This document shows, one piece after another, positions 1 to 14,276 of a stretch of DNA of 64,000 nucleotides (position 1 is its first letter; each line of letters opens with the position of its first letter). Made by a program: the position numbers and the translations under genes. The notes under the pieces were generated by a model. It saw nothing but the letters and a program-made list of their open reading frames with translations. It did no database searches and had not been told where the DNA came from. Origin of the DNA: Eledone cirrhosa (taxonomy: Eukaryota); the NCBI GenBank assembly GCA_964016885.1, contig OZ024740.1, positions 46,004,001-46,068,000 of the forward strand, in the 5' to 3' direction.

Positions 1-3000
1 AAGAATTAGGCCTACTGTCTATTGTTGTAATTAGACATTCGTGTTGTGCAGCAAGAATTAGATCTACTGTCTATTGTTGTATGTAACAAGATATTGGTGT
101 TGTACAGCAAGAATTAGATCTACTGTCTATTGTTGTGTGTAACAAGACATTGGTGTTGTGCAGCAAGAATTAGATCTAGTGTCTATTGTTGTGTGTAACA
201 ATACATTGGTGTTGTACAGCAAGAATTCGATCTACTGTCTATTGTTGTGTGTCACAAGATATTGGTGTTGTACAGCTAGAATTAGATCTATTGTCTATTG
301 TTGTATGTAACAAGATATTGGTGTTGTACTGCAAGAATTAGGCCTACTCTCTATTGTTGTGTGTAACAAGACACTGGTGTTGTACAGCAAGAATTAGGCT
401 TACTGTCTATTGTTGTAATTAGACATTCGTGTTGTACAGCAAGAATTAAATCTACTGTCTATTGTTGTATGTAACAAGACATTGGTGTTGTACAGCAAGA
501 ATTAGATCTACTGTCTATTGTTGTATGTAACAAGACATTGGTGTTGTACAGCAAGAATTAGGCCTACTGTCTATTGTTGTAATTAGACATTCGTGTTGTA
601 CAGCAAGAATTAGATCTACTGTCTATTGTTGTATGTAACAAGATATTGGTGTTCTACAGCAAGAATTAGACCTACTGTCTATTGTTGTATGTAACAAGAC
701 ATTGGTGTTGTGCAGCAAGAATTAGATCTACTGTCTATTGTTGTGTGTAAAAAGACATTGGTGTTGTACAGCAAGAATTCGATCTACTGTCTATTGTTGT
801 ATGAAACAAGATATTGGTGTTGTACAGCAAGAATTAGGCCTACTGTCTATTGTTGTGTGTCACAAGAGATTGGTGTTGTACAGCAAGAATTCGATCTACT
901 CTCTATTGTTGTATGTAACAAGATATTGGTGTTGTACAGCAAGAATTAGGCCTACTGTCTGTTGTTGTGTGTAACAAGATATTGGTGTTGTACAACAAGA
1001 ATTAGACCTACTGTCTGTTGTTGTGTGTAACAAGATATTGGTGTTGTACAGCAAGAATTCGATCTACTGTCTATTGTTGTATGTAACAAGATATTGGTGT
1101 TGTACAGCAAGAATTAGGCCTACTGTCTATTGTTGTGTGTCACAAGAGATTGGTGTTGTACAGCAAGAATTAGACCTACTGTCTATTGTTGTATGTAACA
1201 GGATATTGGTGTTGTACAGCAAGAATTAGACCTACTGTCTATTGTTGTATGTAACAAGATATTGGTCTTGTACAGCAAGAATTATACCTACTGTCTGTTG
1301 TTGTGTGTAACAAGATATTGGTGTTGTACAACAAGAATTAGACCTACTGTCTGTTGTTGTATGTAACAAGATATTGGTGTTGTACAGCAAGAATTAGATC
1401 TACTGTCTATTGTTGTGTGTAACAAGACATTGGTGTTGTGGAGCAAAAATTAGATCTACTGTCTATTGTTGTGTGTAACAATACATTGGTGTTGTACAGC
1501 AAGAATTCGATCTACTGTCTATTGTTGTATGTAACAAGATATTGGTGTTGTACAGCAAGAACTAGGCCTACTGTCTGTTGTTGTGTGTAACAAGATATTG
1601 GTGTTGTACTGCAAGATTTAGACCTACTGTCTGTTGTTGTGTGTAACAAGATATTGGTGTTGTACAGCAAGAATTAGACCTACTGTCTATTGTTGTATGT
1701 AACAGGATATTGGTGTTGTACAGCAAGAATTAGACCTACTGTCTATTGTTGTATGTAACAAGATATTGGTGTTGTACAGCAAGAATTAGGCCTACTGTCT
1801 ATAGTTGTAATTAGACATTCGTGTTGTACAGCAAGAATTAGATCTACTGTCTATTGTTGTATGTAACAAGATATTGGTGTTGTACAGCAAGAATTAGACC
1901 TACTGTCTGTTGTTGTGTATAACAAGATATTGGTGTTGTACAGCAAGAATTAGATCTACTGTCTATTGTTGTGTGTAACAAGATATTGGTGTTGTACAGC
2001 AAGAATGAGATCTACTGTCTATTGTTGTGTGTAACAAGACATTGGTGTTGTACAGCAAGAATTAGATATACTGTCTATTGTTGTGTGTAACAAGATATTG
2101 GTGTGGTACAGCAAGAATTAGATCTACTGTCTATTGTTGTGTGTAACAAGATATTCGTGTTGTACAGCAAGAATTAGGCCTACTGTCTATTGTTGTGTGT
2201 AACAAGACATTGGTGTTGTACAGCAAGAATTAGGCCTACTGTCTATTGTTGTAATTAGACATTCGTGTTGTACAGCTAGAATTAGATCTACTGTCTATTG
2301 TTGTATGTAACAAGACATTGGTGTTGTACAGCAAGAATTAGGCCTACTGTCTATTGTTGTATGTAACAAGACATTGGTGTTGTACAGCAAGAATTAGATC
2401 TACTGTCTATTGTTGTGTGTAACAAGACATTGGTGTTGTACAGCAAGAATTAGATCTACTGTCTATTGTTGTGTGTAACAAGACATTGGTGTTGTACAGC
2501 AAGAATTATATCTACTGTCTATTGTTGTGTGTAACAAGATATTCGTGTTGTACAGCAAGAATTAGGCCTACTGTCTATTGTTGTGTGTAACAAGACATTG
2601 GTGTTGTAGAGCAAGAATTAGGCCTACTTTCTATTGTTATAATTAGACATTCGTGTTGTACAGCAAGAATTAGATCTACTGTCTATTGTTGTGTGTAACA
2701 AGACATTCGTGTTGTACAGCAAGAATTAGACCTACTGTCTATTGTTGTGTGTCACAAGAGATTGGTGTTGTACAGCAAGAATTCGATCTACTGTCTATTG
2801 TTGTATGTAACAAGACATTGTTGTTGTACAGCAAGAATTAGGCCTACTGTCTATTGTTGTAATTAGACATTCGTGTTGTACAGCAAGAATTAGATCTACT
2901 GTCTATTGTTGTATGTAGCAAGATATTGGTGTTGTGCAGCAAGAATTAGATCTACTGTCTATTGTTGTATGTAACAAGATATTGGTGTTGTACAGCAAGA

Positions 3001-6000
3001 ATTAGACCTACTGTCTGTTGTTGTGTGTAACAAGATATTGGTGTTGTACAGATAGAATTAGACCTACTGTCTATTGTTGTATGTAACAAGATATTGGTCT
3101 TGTACAGCAAGAATTATACCTACTGTCTGTTGTTGTGTGTAACAAGATATTGGTGTTGTACAACAAGAATTAGACCTACTGTCTGTTGTTGTGTAACAAG
3201 ATATTGGTGTTGTACAGCAAGAATTAGACCTACTGTCTATTGTTGTATGTAACAGGATATTGGTGTCGTACAGCAAGAATTAGACCTACTGTCTATTGTT
3301 GTATGTAACAAGATATTGGTCTTGTACAGCAAGAATTATACCTACTGTCTGTTGTTGTGTGTAACAAGATATTGGTGTTGTACAGCAAAACTTAGACCTA
3401 CTGTCTATTGTTGTATGTAAGAAGATATTGGTGTTGTACAGCAAGAATTAGACCTACTGTCTGTTGTTGTGTGTAACAAGATATTGGTGTTGTACAGCAA
3501 GAATTAGACCTACTGTCTGTTGTTGTGTGTAACAAGATATTGGTGTTGTACAGCAAGAATTAGACCTACTGTCTATTGTTGTATGTAACAAGATATTGGT
3601 GTTGTACAGCAAGAATTAGGCATACTGTCTATTGTTGTAATTAGACATTCATGTTGTACAGCAAGAATTAGATCTACTGTCTATTGTTGTATGTAACAAG
3701 ATATTGGTGTTGTACAGCATGAAATAGATCTACTGTCTATTGTTGTATGTAACAAGATATTGGTGTTGTACAGCAAGAATTAGACCTACTGTCTATTGTT
3801 GTATGTAACAAGATATTGGTGTTGTACAGCAAGAATTAGACCTTCTGTCTGTTGTTGTGTGTAACAAGATATTGGTGTTGTACAGCAAGAATTAGATCTA
3901 CTGTCTATTGTTGTGTGTAACAAGATATTGGTGTTGTACAGCAAGAATTAGATCTACTGTCTATTGTTGTGTGTAACAAGACATTGGTGTTGTACAGCAA
4001 GAATTAGATCTACTGTCTATTGTTGTATGTAACAAGACATTGGTGTTGTACAGCAAGAATTAGGCCTACTGCCTATTGTTGTAATTAGACATTCGTGTTG
4101 TACAGCAAGAATTTGTTCTACTGTCTATCGTTGTATGTAACAAGATATTGGTGTTGTACAGCAAGAATTAGATCTACTGTCTATTGTTGTGTGTAACAAG
4201 ACGTTGGTGATGTGCAGCAAGAATTAGATCTACTGTCTATTGTTGTGTGTAACAAGACATTGGTGTTGTACAGCAAGAATTCGATCTACTGTCTATTGTT
4301 GTGTGTAACAAGACATTGGTGTTGTACAGCAAGAATTAGGCTTACTGTCTATTGTTGTAATTAGACATTCGTGTTGTACAACAAGAATTAGATCTACTGT
4401 CTATTGTTGTATGTAACAAGATATTGGTGTTGTACACCAAGAATTAGACCTACTGTCTATTTTTGTATGTAACAAGATATTGGTGTTGTACACCAAGAAT
4501 TAGACCTACTGTCTATTGTTGTATGTAACAAGATATTGGTGTTGTACAGCAAGAATTAGACCTACTGTCTGTTGTTGTGTGTAACAAGACATTGGTGTTG
4601 TACAGCTAGAATTAGATCTACTGTCTATTGTTGTATGTAACAAGACATTGGTGTTGTACAGCAAGAATTAGACCTACTGTCTATTGTTGTAGTTAGACAT
4701 TCGTGTTGTACAGCAAGAATTAGATCTACTGTCTATTGTTGTATGTAACAAGATATTGGTGTTGTGCAGCAAGAATTAGATCTACTATCTATTGTTGTGT
4801 GTAACAAGACATTGGTGTTGTACAGCAAGAATTAGATCTACTGTCTATTGTTGTGTGTAACAAGACATTGGTGTTGTACAGCAAGAATTATATCTACTGT
4901 CTATTGTTGTGTGTAACAAGATATTGGTGTTGTACAGCAAGAATTAGGCCTACTGTCTATTGTTGTGTGTAACAAGACATTGGTGTTGTACAGCAAGAAT
5001 TAGGCCTACTTTCTATTGTTATAATTAGACATTCGTGTTGTACAGCAAGAATTAGATCTACTGTCTATTGTTGTGTGTAACAAGACATTGGTGTTGTACA
5101 GCAAGAATTAGGCTTACTGTCTATTGTTGTAATTAGACATTCGTGTTGTACAGCAAGAATTAGAACTACTGTCTATTGTTGTATGTAACAAGACATTGGT
5201 GTTGTACAGCAAGAAATAGATCTACTGTCTATTGTTGTGTGTAACAAGACATTGGTGTTGTGCAGCAAGAATTAGATCTACTGTCTATTGTTGTGTGTAA
5301 CAAGACATTGGTGTTGTACAGCAAGAATTAGGGTTACTGTCTATTGTTATAATTAGACATTCGTGTTGTACAGCAAGAATTAGACCTACTGTCTATTGTT
5401 GTAAGTAACAAGATATTGGTGTTGTACAGCAAGAATTCGATCTACTGTCTATTGTTGTGTGTAACAAGACATTGGTGTTGTACAGCAAGAATTAGGGTTA
5501 CTGTCTATTGTTGTAATTAGACATTCGTGTTGTACAGCAAGAATTAGATCTATTGTCTATTGTTGTGTGTAACAAGATATTGGTGTTGTACAGCAAGAAT
5601 TAGATCTACCCTCTATTGTTGTATGTAACAAGACATTGGTGTTGTACAGCAAGAATTAGGCCTACTGTCTATTGTTGTATGTAACAAGATATTGGTGTTG
5701 TACCACAAGAATTAGACCTACTCTCTATTGTGGTATGTAACAAGATATTGGTGTTGTACAGCAAAAATTAGACCTACTGTCTGTTATTGTATGTAACAAG
5801 ATGTTGGTGTTGTACAGCAAGAATTAGATGTATTGTCTATTGTTGTATGTAACAAGACATTGGTGTTGTACAGCAAGAATTAGATCTACTGTCTATTGTT
5901 GTATGTAACAAAACATTGGTGTTGTACAGCAAGAATTAGGCCTACTTTCTATTGTTGTAATTAGACATTCGTGTTGTACAGCAAGAATTAGATCTACTGT

Positions 6001-9000
6001 CTATTGTTGTATGTAACAAGATATTGGTGTTATACAGCAAGAATTAGATCTATTGTCTATTGTTGTATGTAACAAGATATTGGTGTTGTACAGCAAGAAT
6101 TAGACCTACTGTCTGTTGTTGTGTGTAACAAGATATTGGTGTTGTACAGCAAGAATTAGACCTACTGTCTATTGTTGTGTGTAACAAGACATTGGTGTTG
6201 TACAGCAAGAATTAGGCTTACTGTCTATTGTTGTAATTAGACATTCGTGTTGTACAGCAAGAATTAGATCTACTGTCCATTGTTGTAGGTAACAAGATAT
6301 TGGTGTTGTACACCAAGAATTAGATCTACTGTCTATTGTTGTATGTAACAAGATATTGGTGTTGTACAGCAAGAATTAGACCTACTGTCTGTTGTTGTTT
6401 GTAACAAGACATTGGTGTTGTACAGCAAGAATTAGATCTACTGTCTATTGTTGTGTGTAACAAGACATTGCTGTTGTACAGCAAGAATTAGATCTACTGT
6501 CTATTGTTGTGTGTAACAAGACATTGGTGTTGTACAGCAAGAATTATATCTACTGTCTATTGTTGTGTGTAACAAGATATTCGTGTTTTACAGCAAGAAT
6601 TAGGCCTACTGTCTATTGTTGTGTGTAACAAGACATTGGTGTTGTACAGCAAGAATTAGGCCTACTTTCTATTGTTATAATTAGACATTCGTGTTGTACA
6701 GCTAGAATTAGATCTACTGTCTATTGTTGTGTGTAACAAGACATTCGTGTTGTACAGCAAGAATTAGATCTCCTGTCTATTGTTGTATGTAACAAGACAT
6801 TATTGTTGTACAGCAAGAATTAGGCCTACTGTCTATTGTTGTAATTAGACATTCGTGTTGTACAGCAAGAATTAGATCTACTGTCTATTGTTGTATGTAA
6901 CAAGATATTGGTGTTGTGCAGCAAGAATTAGATCTACTGTCTATTGTTGTGTGTAACAAGACATTGGTGTTGTACAGCAAGAATTCGATCTACTGTCTAT
7001 TGTTGTGTGTAACAAGACATTGGTGTTGTACAACAAGAATTAGGCTTACTGTCTATTGTTGTAATTAGACATTCGTGTTGTACAGCAAGAATTAGATCTA
7101 CTGTCTATTGTTGCATGTAACAAGACATTGGTGTTGTACAGCAAGAATTAGATCTACTGTCTATTGTTGTGTGTAACAAGATATTGGTGTTGTACAGCAA
7201 GAATTCGATCTACTGTCTATTGTTGTGTGTAACAAGACATTAGTGTTGTACAGCAAGAATTAGGGTTACTGTCTATTGTTGTAATTAGACATTCGTGTTG
7301 TACAGCAAGAATTAGACCTACTGTCTATTGTTGTATGTAACAAGATATTGGTGTTGTACAGCAAGAATTCGATCTACTGTCTATTGTTGTGTGTAACAAG
7401 ACACTGGTGTTGTACAGCAAGAATTAGGGTTACTGTCTATTGTTGTAATTAGACATTCGTGTTGTACAGCAAGAATTAGATCTATTGTCTATTGTTGTAT
7501 GTAAGAAGATATTGGTGTTGTACAGCAAGAATTAGACCTACTGTCTGTTGTTGTGTGTAGCAAGATATTGGTGTTGTACAGCAAGAATTAGACCTACTGT
7601 CTATTGTTGTATGTAACAAGATATTGGTGTTGTACAGCAAGAATTAGACCTACTGTTAGTTGTTGTGTGTAACAAGATATTGGTGTTGTACAGCAAGAAT
7701 TAGACCTACTGTCTGTTGTTGTGTGTAACAAGATATTGGTGTTGTACAGCAAGAATTAGACCTACTGTCTATTGTTGTATGTAACAGGATATTGGTGTTG
7801 TACAGCAAGAATTAGACCTACTGTCTATTGTTGTATGTAACAAGATATTGGTGTTGTACAGCAAGAATTAGACCTACTGTCTGTTGTTGTGTGTAACAAG
7901 ATATTGGTGTTGTACAGCAAAAATTAGACCTACTGTCTATTGTTGTATGTAAGAAGATATTGGTGTTGTACAGCAAGAATTAGACCTACTGTCTGTTGTT
8001 GTGCGTAACAATATATTGGTGTTGTACAGCAAGAATTAGACCTACTGTCTGTTGTTTTGTGTAAAAAGATATTGGTGTTGTACAGCAAGAATTAGGCCTA
8101 CTGTCTATTGTTGTAATTAGACATTCGTGTTGTAGAGCAAGAATTAGATCTACTGTCTATTGTTGTATGTAACAAGATATTGGTGTTGTACAGCAAGAAT
8201 TAGATCTACCGTCTATTGTTGTATGTAACAAGATATTGGTGTTGTACAGCGAGAATTATACCTACTGTCTATTGTTGTATGGAACAAGATATTGGTGTTG
8301 TACAGCAAGAATTAGACCTACTGTCTCTTGTTGTGTGTAACAAGATATTGGTGTTGTACAGCAAGAATTAGACCTACTGTCTATTGTTGTATGTAACAAG
8401 ATATTGGTGTTGTACAGCAAGAATTAGGACTACTGTCTATCGTTGTGTGTAACAAGACATTGGTGTTGTACAGCAAGAATTAGATCTATTGTCTATTGTT
8501 GAATGTAACAAGATATTGGTGTTGTACAGCAAGAATTAGGCCTACTGTCTATTGTTGTGTGTAACAAGACATTGGTGTTGTACAGCAAGAATTAGGCCTA
8601 CTGTCTATTGTTGTAATTAGACATTCGTGTTGTACAGCAAGAATTAGATCTATTGTCTATGGTTGTGTGTAACAAGATATTGGTGTTGTACAGCAAGAAT
8701 TAGAACTACCCTCTATTGTTGTATGTAACAAGACATTGGTGTTGTACAGCAAGAATTAGGCCTACTGTCTATTGTTGTACGTAACAAGATATTGGTGTTG
8801 TACAGCAATAATTAGACTTACTGTCTATTGTTGTATGTAACAAGATATTAGTGTTGTACAGCAAGAATTAGACCTACTGTCTGTTGTTGTATGTAACAAG
8901 GTATTGGTGTTGTACAGCAAGAATTAGATGTATTGTCTATTGTTGTATGTAACAAGACATTGGTGTTGTACAGCAAGAATTAGATCTACTGTCTATTGTT

Positions 9001-11325
9001 GTACGTAACAAGACATTGGTGTTGTACAGCAAGAATTAGGCCTACTTTCTATTGTTGTAATTAGACATTCGTGTTGTACAGCAAGAATTAGATTTACTGT
9101 CTATTGTTGTGTGTAACAAGATATTGGTGTTGTACAGCAAGAATTAGATCTATTGTCTATTGTTGTATGTAACAAGACATTGGTGTTGTACAGCAAGAAT
9201 TAGATCTACTGTCTATTGTTGTATGTAACAAGATATTGGTGTTGTACAGCAAGAATTAGATCTACTGTCTATTGTTGTATGTAACAAGATATTGGTGTTG
9301 TACAGCAAGAATTAGACCTACTGTCTGTTGTTGTGTGTAACAAGATATTGGTGTTGTACAGCAAGAATTAGACCTACTGTCTATTGTTGTATGTAACAAG
9401 ATATTGGTGTTGTACAGCAAGAATTAGACCTACTGTCTGTTGTTGTGTGTAACAAGTTATTGGTGTTGTACAACAAGAATTAGACCTACTGTCTGTTGTT
9501 GTGTGTAACAAGATATTGGTGTTGTACAGCAAGAATTAGACCTACTGTCTATTGTTGTATGTAACAGGATATTGGTGTTGTACAGCAAGAATTAGACCTA
9601 CTGTCTATTGTTGTATGTAACAAGATATTGGTGTTGTACAGCAAGAATTAGACCTACTGTCTGTTGTTGTGTGTAACAAGATATTAGTGTTGTACAGCAA
9701 AAATTAGACCTACTGTCTATTGTTGTATGTAAGAAGATATTGGTGTTGTACAGCAAGAATTAGACCTACTGTCTGTTGTTGTGTGTAACAAGATATTGGT
9801 GTTGTACAGCAAGAATTAGACCTACTGTCTGTTGTTGTGTGTAACAAGATATTGGTGTTGTACAGCAAGAATTAGGCCTACTGTCTATCGTTGTAATTAT
9901 ACATTCGTATCGTACAGCAAGAATTAGATCTACTGTCTATTGTTGTATGTAACAAGACATTGGTGTTACACAGCAAGAATTAGGCCTACTGTCTGTTGTT
10001 GTAATTAGACATTCGTGTTGTACAGCAAGAATTAGATCTACTGTCTATTGTTGTATGTAAGAAGATATTGGTGTTGTACAGCAAGAATTAGACCTACTGT
10101 CTGTTGTTGTGTGTAACAAGATATTGGTGTTGTACCGCAAGAATTAGACCTACTGTCTATTGTTGTATGTAACAAGATATTGGTGTTGTACAGCAAGAAT
10201 GAGACCTACTGTCTGTTGTTGTGTGTAATAAGTTATTGGTGTTGTACAACAAGAATTAGACCTACTGTCTGTTGTTGTGTGTAACAAGATATTGGTGTTG
10301 TACAGCAAGAATTAGACCTACTGTCTATTGTTGTAATTAGACATTCGTATTGTACAGCAAGAATTAGATCTACTGTCTATTGTTGTATGTAACAAGACAT
10401 TGGTGTTACACAGCAAGAATTAGGCCTACTGTCTGTTGTTGTATTTAGACATTCGTGTTGTACAGCAAGAATTAGATCTACTGTCTATTGTTGTATGTAA
10501 CAATATATTGGTGTTGTACAGCAAGAAATAGATCTACTGTCTATTGTTGTATGTAACAAGATATTGGTGTTGTACAGCAAGAATTAGACCTACTGTCTAT
10601 TGTTGTATGTAACAAGATATTGGTGTTGTACAGCAAGAATTAGACCTACTGTCTGTTTTTGTGTGTAACAAGATATTTGTGTTGTACAGCAAGAATTAGA
10701 CCTACTGTCTATTGTTGTATGTAACAAGATATTGGTGTTGTACAGCAAGAATTAGACCTACTGTCTATTGTTGTATGTAACAAGATATTGGTGTTGTACA
10801 GCAAGAATTATACCTACTGTCTATTGTTGTATGTAACAAGATATTGGTGTTGTACAGCAAGAATTAGACCTACTGTCTGTTGTTGTGTGTAACAAGATAT
10901 TGGTGTTGTACAGCAAAAATTAGACCTACTGTCTATTGTTGTATGTAAGAAGATATTGGTGTTGTACAGCAAGAATTAGACCTACTGTCTGTTGTTGTGT
11001 GTAACAAGATATTGGTGTTGTACAGCAAGAATTAGGCCTACTGTCTATTGTTGTAATTAGACATTCGTGTTGTACAGCAAGAATTAGATCTACTGTCTAT
11101 TGTTGTATGTAACAATACATTGGTGTTACACAGCAAGAATTAGGCCTACTGTCTGTTGTTGTAATTAGACATTCGTGTTGTACAGCAAGAATTAGATCTA
11201 CTGTCTATTGTTGTATGTAACAAGACATTGGTTTTGTACAGCAAGAATTAGGCCTACTGTCTATTGTTGTAACAATATATTGGTGTTGTACAGCAAGAAT
11301 TAGATCTACTGTCTATTGCTGTATG
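1..11325. repeat. Satellite/minisatellite array of 56-bp units with interspersed 52-bp variant units
   Basis: Consensus tacagcaagaattagatctactgtctattgttgtatgtaacaagatattggtgttg (56 bp) and variant ...attaggcctactgtctattgttgtaattagacattcgtgttg (52 bp). 'aagaatta' recurs at 1, 53 and 109. Roughly 200 units; the array runs off the left edge. Confidence 0.98.
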
Positions 11326-13679
11326 TTTCAAGTATGGGAGGTGGTTGATGCTCCCACCAATTCTTTTAATGGGGCAGGTCAAAATGCTTACACATTATCC
11401 AATGTATGTATTGTGCAGCTCTGTCATGCCTGTTTAGGTATTTGGTTGGAGCTATAGGACTGCACATTGAAATTATATGGTCAATGGTCTCTGGTTGTTT
11501 TTTGCATACACGGCATAATGGGCTGCATCAATTTTTTATTATGTTGGCTTGGTAATTTTTTGTTGGCAGACACTGATCTTGTGCTGATATAATCAGTCCT
11601 TCAGTCTCCGATTTCAGTCCAGAGGATGCCAACCACTGATGGGTTAAAGTTTTGTCAACATCAGGATTGTTAGCTCGCTCTGGGTATTTTCCATACAGAG
11701 GCTTTTCTTGCCATTTCTTAGCCAGTTTCTGTAGCAGTTCTTTCTTTGCAGTTACTTTTACCTGCTTTGCTTTTACTGTGTTTTCCATTTCAGCAGTAAA
11801 TGGGACTTCTGAAATTTGTAGTCCATTACTGTATCTTTGTGCATCTTTTGTAATGGAATATAATCTTTTGATGCTTTCGTGTTTCAAAACGAGTTTGATC
11901 ATCCAATCATGTGATTCCCTTAGATATGTAGATAATCCAATTGTTGCAGTTTTCAACGCAATGTCTAACTGGATTAACCCACGTCCTCCTTCTTTCCTAG
12001 GGAGATATATTCTATCTATATCTGCCTTAGGGTGATGCATTCTGTGCATGGTTAAGAATTTTCGAATTTTTGTATCAAGCCTACGGATCTCTGTGCTTGA
12101 CCAGTTGATGACATTGTAACTGTAGGTTACTACTGGTATGGCAAGCGTGTTTATGGCATCGATCCTATTACTTGCATTCAATTCCATTCTTAAGATTGCT
12201 CTTACTCTGCGGTAACATTCCTTCCTTATCCTTTCCCTCATTGTCGTGTGCTTGATTCCGTCTCCTTCACAAACACCTAGATATTTGTAAGTTTTTTCTT
12301 GATCAAGTTCTCTTATCACGTTCCCCCGATCAAGATTAATGTCTGAACTCTTCAGTAGCTTTCCTCTGGTGAACGTTGCTTTGGCGCATTTATCTAGTCC
12401 AAACTCCATTTTAATGTCATCACTGAACTGCTCCACAGTGGATAATAGACCTTGCAATTGTTCATCATTTTTTGCAAATAGTTTCAGGTCATCCATGTAG
12501 AACAAGTGATTAATGGTTTTGTCATAGACTTTATATCCATGTTTTGTTTCATTGAGCATTTTACTTAATGGTATAAGTGCGATGCAGAATAAAAGCGGTG
12601 ATAAAGAGTCACCCTGAAAAATTCCACAATTAATATTAACTTCTCCAGCTTCCAGTGATTTTGTTTCACTATTCAAAAGGAGTGTCGTTTTCCATGTCTT
12701 CATACTGAATGACAAAAACCTCCTGACAACGGGGGATATTTTGAAAATCTCTAAACATTTTTCAATCCAACTGTGTGGCAAACTATCGAATGCTTTTTTA
12801 TAATCTATCCAAGCAATCGATAGATTTTTGTGTCTATTATGACAATCTTCCAGTATCATTTTGTTAACCAAAAGCTGATCCTTACAGCCATATGAGCCTC
12901 GTTTACACCCTTTCTGCTCAATGGGAAATAGGTCATTTGTTATCAGGTGGTCATATGTGTATTCAGTTAGGACTGATGTTAAAATTTTATACATTGTGGT
13001 CAAGCAAGTTATCGGTCTGTAATTTTTGGGATTGTTTGTCTCATCATTCTTCGGAAGCAGGAATGTAATGCCGTTAACTAGCCATGATGGTATCTTTTCT
13101 GGCTCCTTAACTATTTCATTGTAAAGTTGGGCTAACAGCTCATGAGACTCTGTGAAGGCATTTATCCAAAAGTTTTGTATTTTGTCTTTTCCTGGGGATT
13201 TCCATTTGCTGGTTTTTCTTAGAGCCAAGCGCAACTGTTCAACTGTTATATTTTCCCATATTTGTTCCTCAAGGTGAGCTGTATCTTTCATTTGTCTGTC
13301 TATCCATGGGGCATGTATGTTATGAACTTTTTCTTCGGCCCAGATCTTTTCCCAGAATTCTTGCACTTCCTCCTTGGGTGGTATTGATTTAGCAGTTATT
13401 GTTGACTTACCAATTTTTCTGTAGAAGTTTCTTTGGTTGTTTTTGAACATATTATTGTCCTTATAGAATCTAGATCGTTTTTCAAAGCGCCTTATACGAG
13501 CAGCTTTGGCCGACACTTTTTGCTTGATTATTTCTATCAGCATGTCTATGTCACTTGTTGATTTTATACTGTACTTTCTTTTCAATTTTCTAAGTTTAGT
13601 TTGTTTAACATGTTCACCTACTTTATATTTTGTTAAAATTTCTATGTCAGATCGGAGAAGGTTTATTTGGCGATTGATG
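11326..13679 (-). mobile_element. R4/Dong-like non-LTR retrotransposon (RT + CCHC), 5'-truncated, 3' end cut off by the satellite
   Basis: ORF 11528-13585 has RT motifs KSPGKD, NYRPITCL, WIDYKKAFDS, GIFQGDSLSP and HLFYMDDLKL. Beyond the stop at ~11528 the frame continues CRVCKKQPETIDHIISMC...RHD...HW...WEHQPPPILET up to the satellite. The PD..D endonuclease motif is missing. Confidence 0.9.
11528..13585 (-). pseudogene. Reverse transcriptase ORF of the R4/Dong-like element (685 aa, incomplete)
   Basis: Intact YMDD RT domain; premature stop before the zinc knuckle; no true 5' end. Confidence 0.85.
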
Positions 13680-13725
13680 TTCTTCTTCTTCTTCTTCTTC
13701 TTATTATTATTATTATTATTATTAT
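13680..13725. repeat. (TTC)n(TTA)n microsatellite separating two R4/Dong copies
   Basis: Read directly from the sequence. Confidence 0.95.
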
Positions 13726-14078
13726 TTGCATTTATCTTGCTTTATGTTTATACGAGTTATCACCAAGTCACAACCAGTGACCTCAAGAGACAACAAGGTC
13801 CGCCATGTTCAAGAAAGAACATACATATTCACACATGCATCCTTAGTGTTTAGACTTGTGATGTACTTATATTGACAGGATCTTCCTTAGTATATGGGCA
13901 GTTCCCATTAGTACTATCTTTTGTATTTCTCCTATACGCGGGTTTCCTGGGATTTGCGATAAGTAGTCGTTAGACCCCTTAGGTATCATTCCCAGAGCGC
14001 CTACAACCACTGGTATTGTTTTAGTTCTCAATTTCCACATTTTTCCAATTTCTATCTCCAGGTCCTTATGCTTGCTCA

Positions 14079-14079
<1 letters not shown>
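13726..14079 (-). mobile_element. Heavily 5'-truncated R4/Dong-like copy (C-terminus of RLE domain + 3' UTR)
   Basis: KHKDLEIEIGKMWKLRTKTIPVVVGALG...IQKIVLMGTAHILRKIL* aligns by eye with the C-terminus of ORF 27570-28817 (QDLKWEVKRIW...VPIVIGALG...LQKACLLVTAKTLRYVL). Flanked by (AAT)n on its sense strand. Confidence 0.85.
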
Positions 14080-14148
<69 letters not shown>

Positions 14149-14151
<3 letters not shown>

Positions 14152-14255
14152 CCCGCCGAGGTTGACTTTGCCTTTCATCCTTACGGGGTCGATAAAATAA
14201 AGTACCAGTAATGCACTGGGTCTTTGCTGGCCTTGTGCCTAAAGTAGAAACAATT
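14149..14255 (+). mobile_element. 5'-truncated SINE (family 1) inserted in (ATT)n
   Basis: Matches the 3' two-thirds of the full SINE at 59307-59490; (ATT)n on both sides. Confidence 0.85.
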
Positions 14256-14276
14256 ATTATTATTATTATTATTATC

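Noticed and set aside
1-11325. CRISPR-like appearance and small Cys-rich ORFs in the satellite
   Set aside because: The units are contiguous with no unique spacers and there are no cas genes; the ORFs are chance stop-free runs in a unit whose length is not a multiple of 3.
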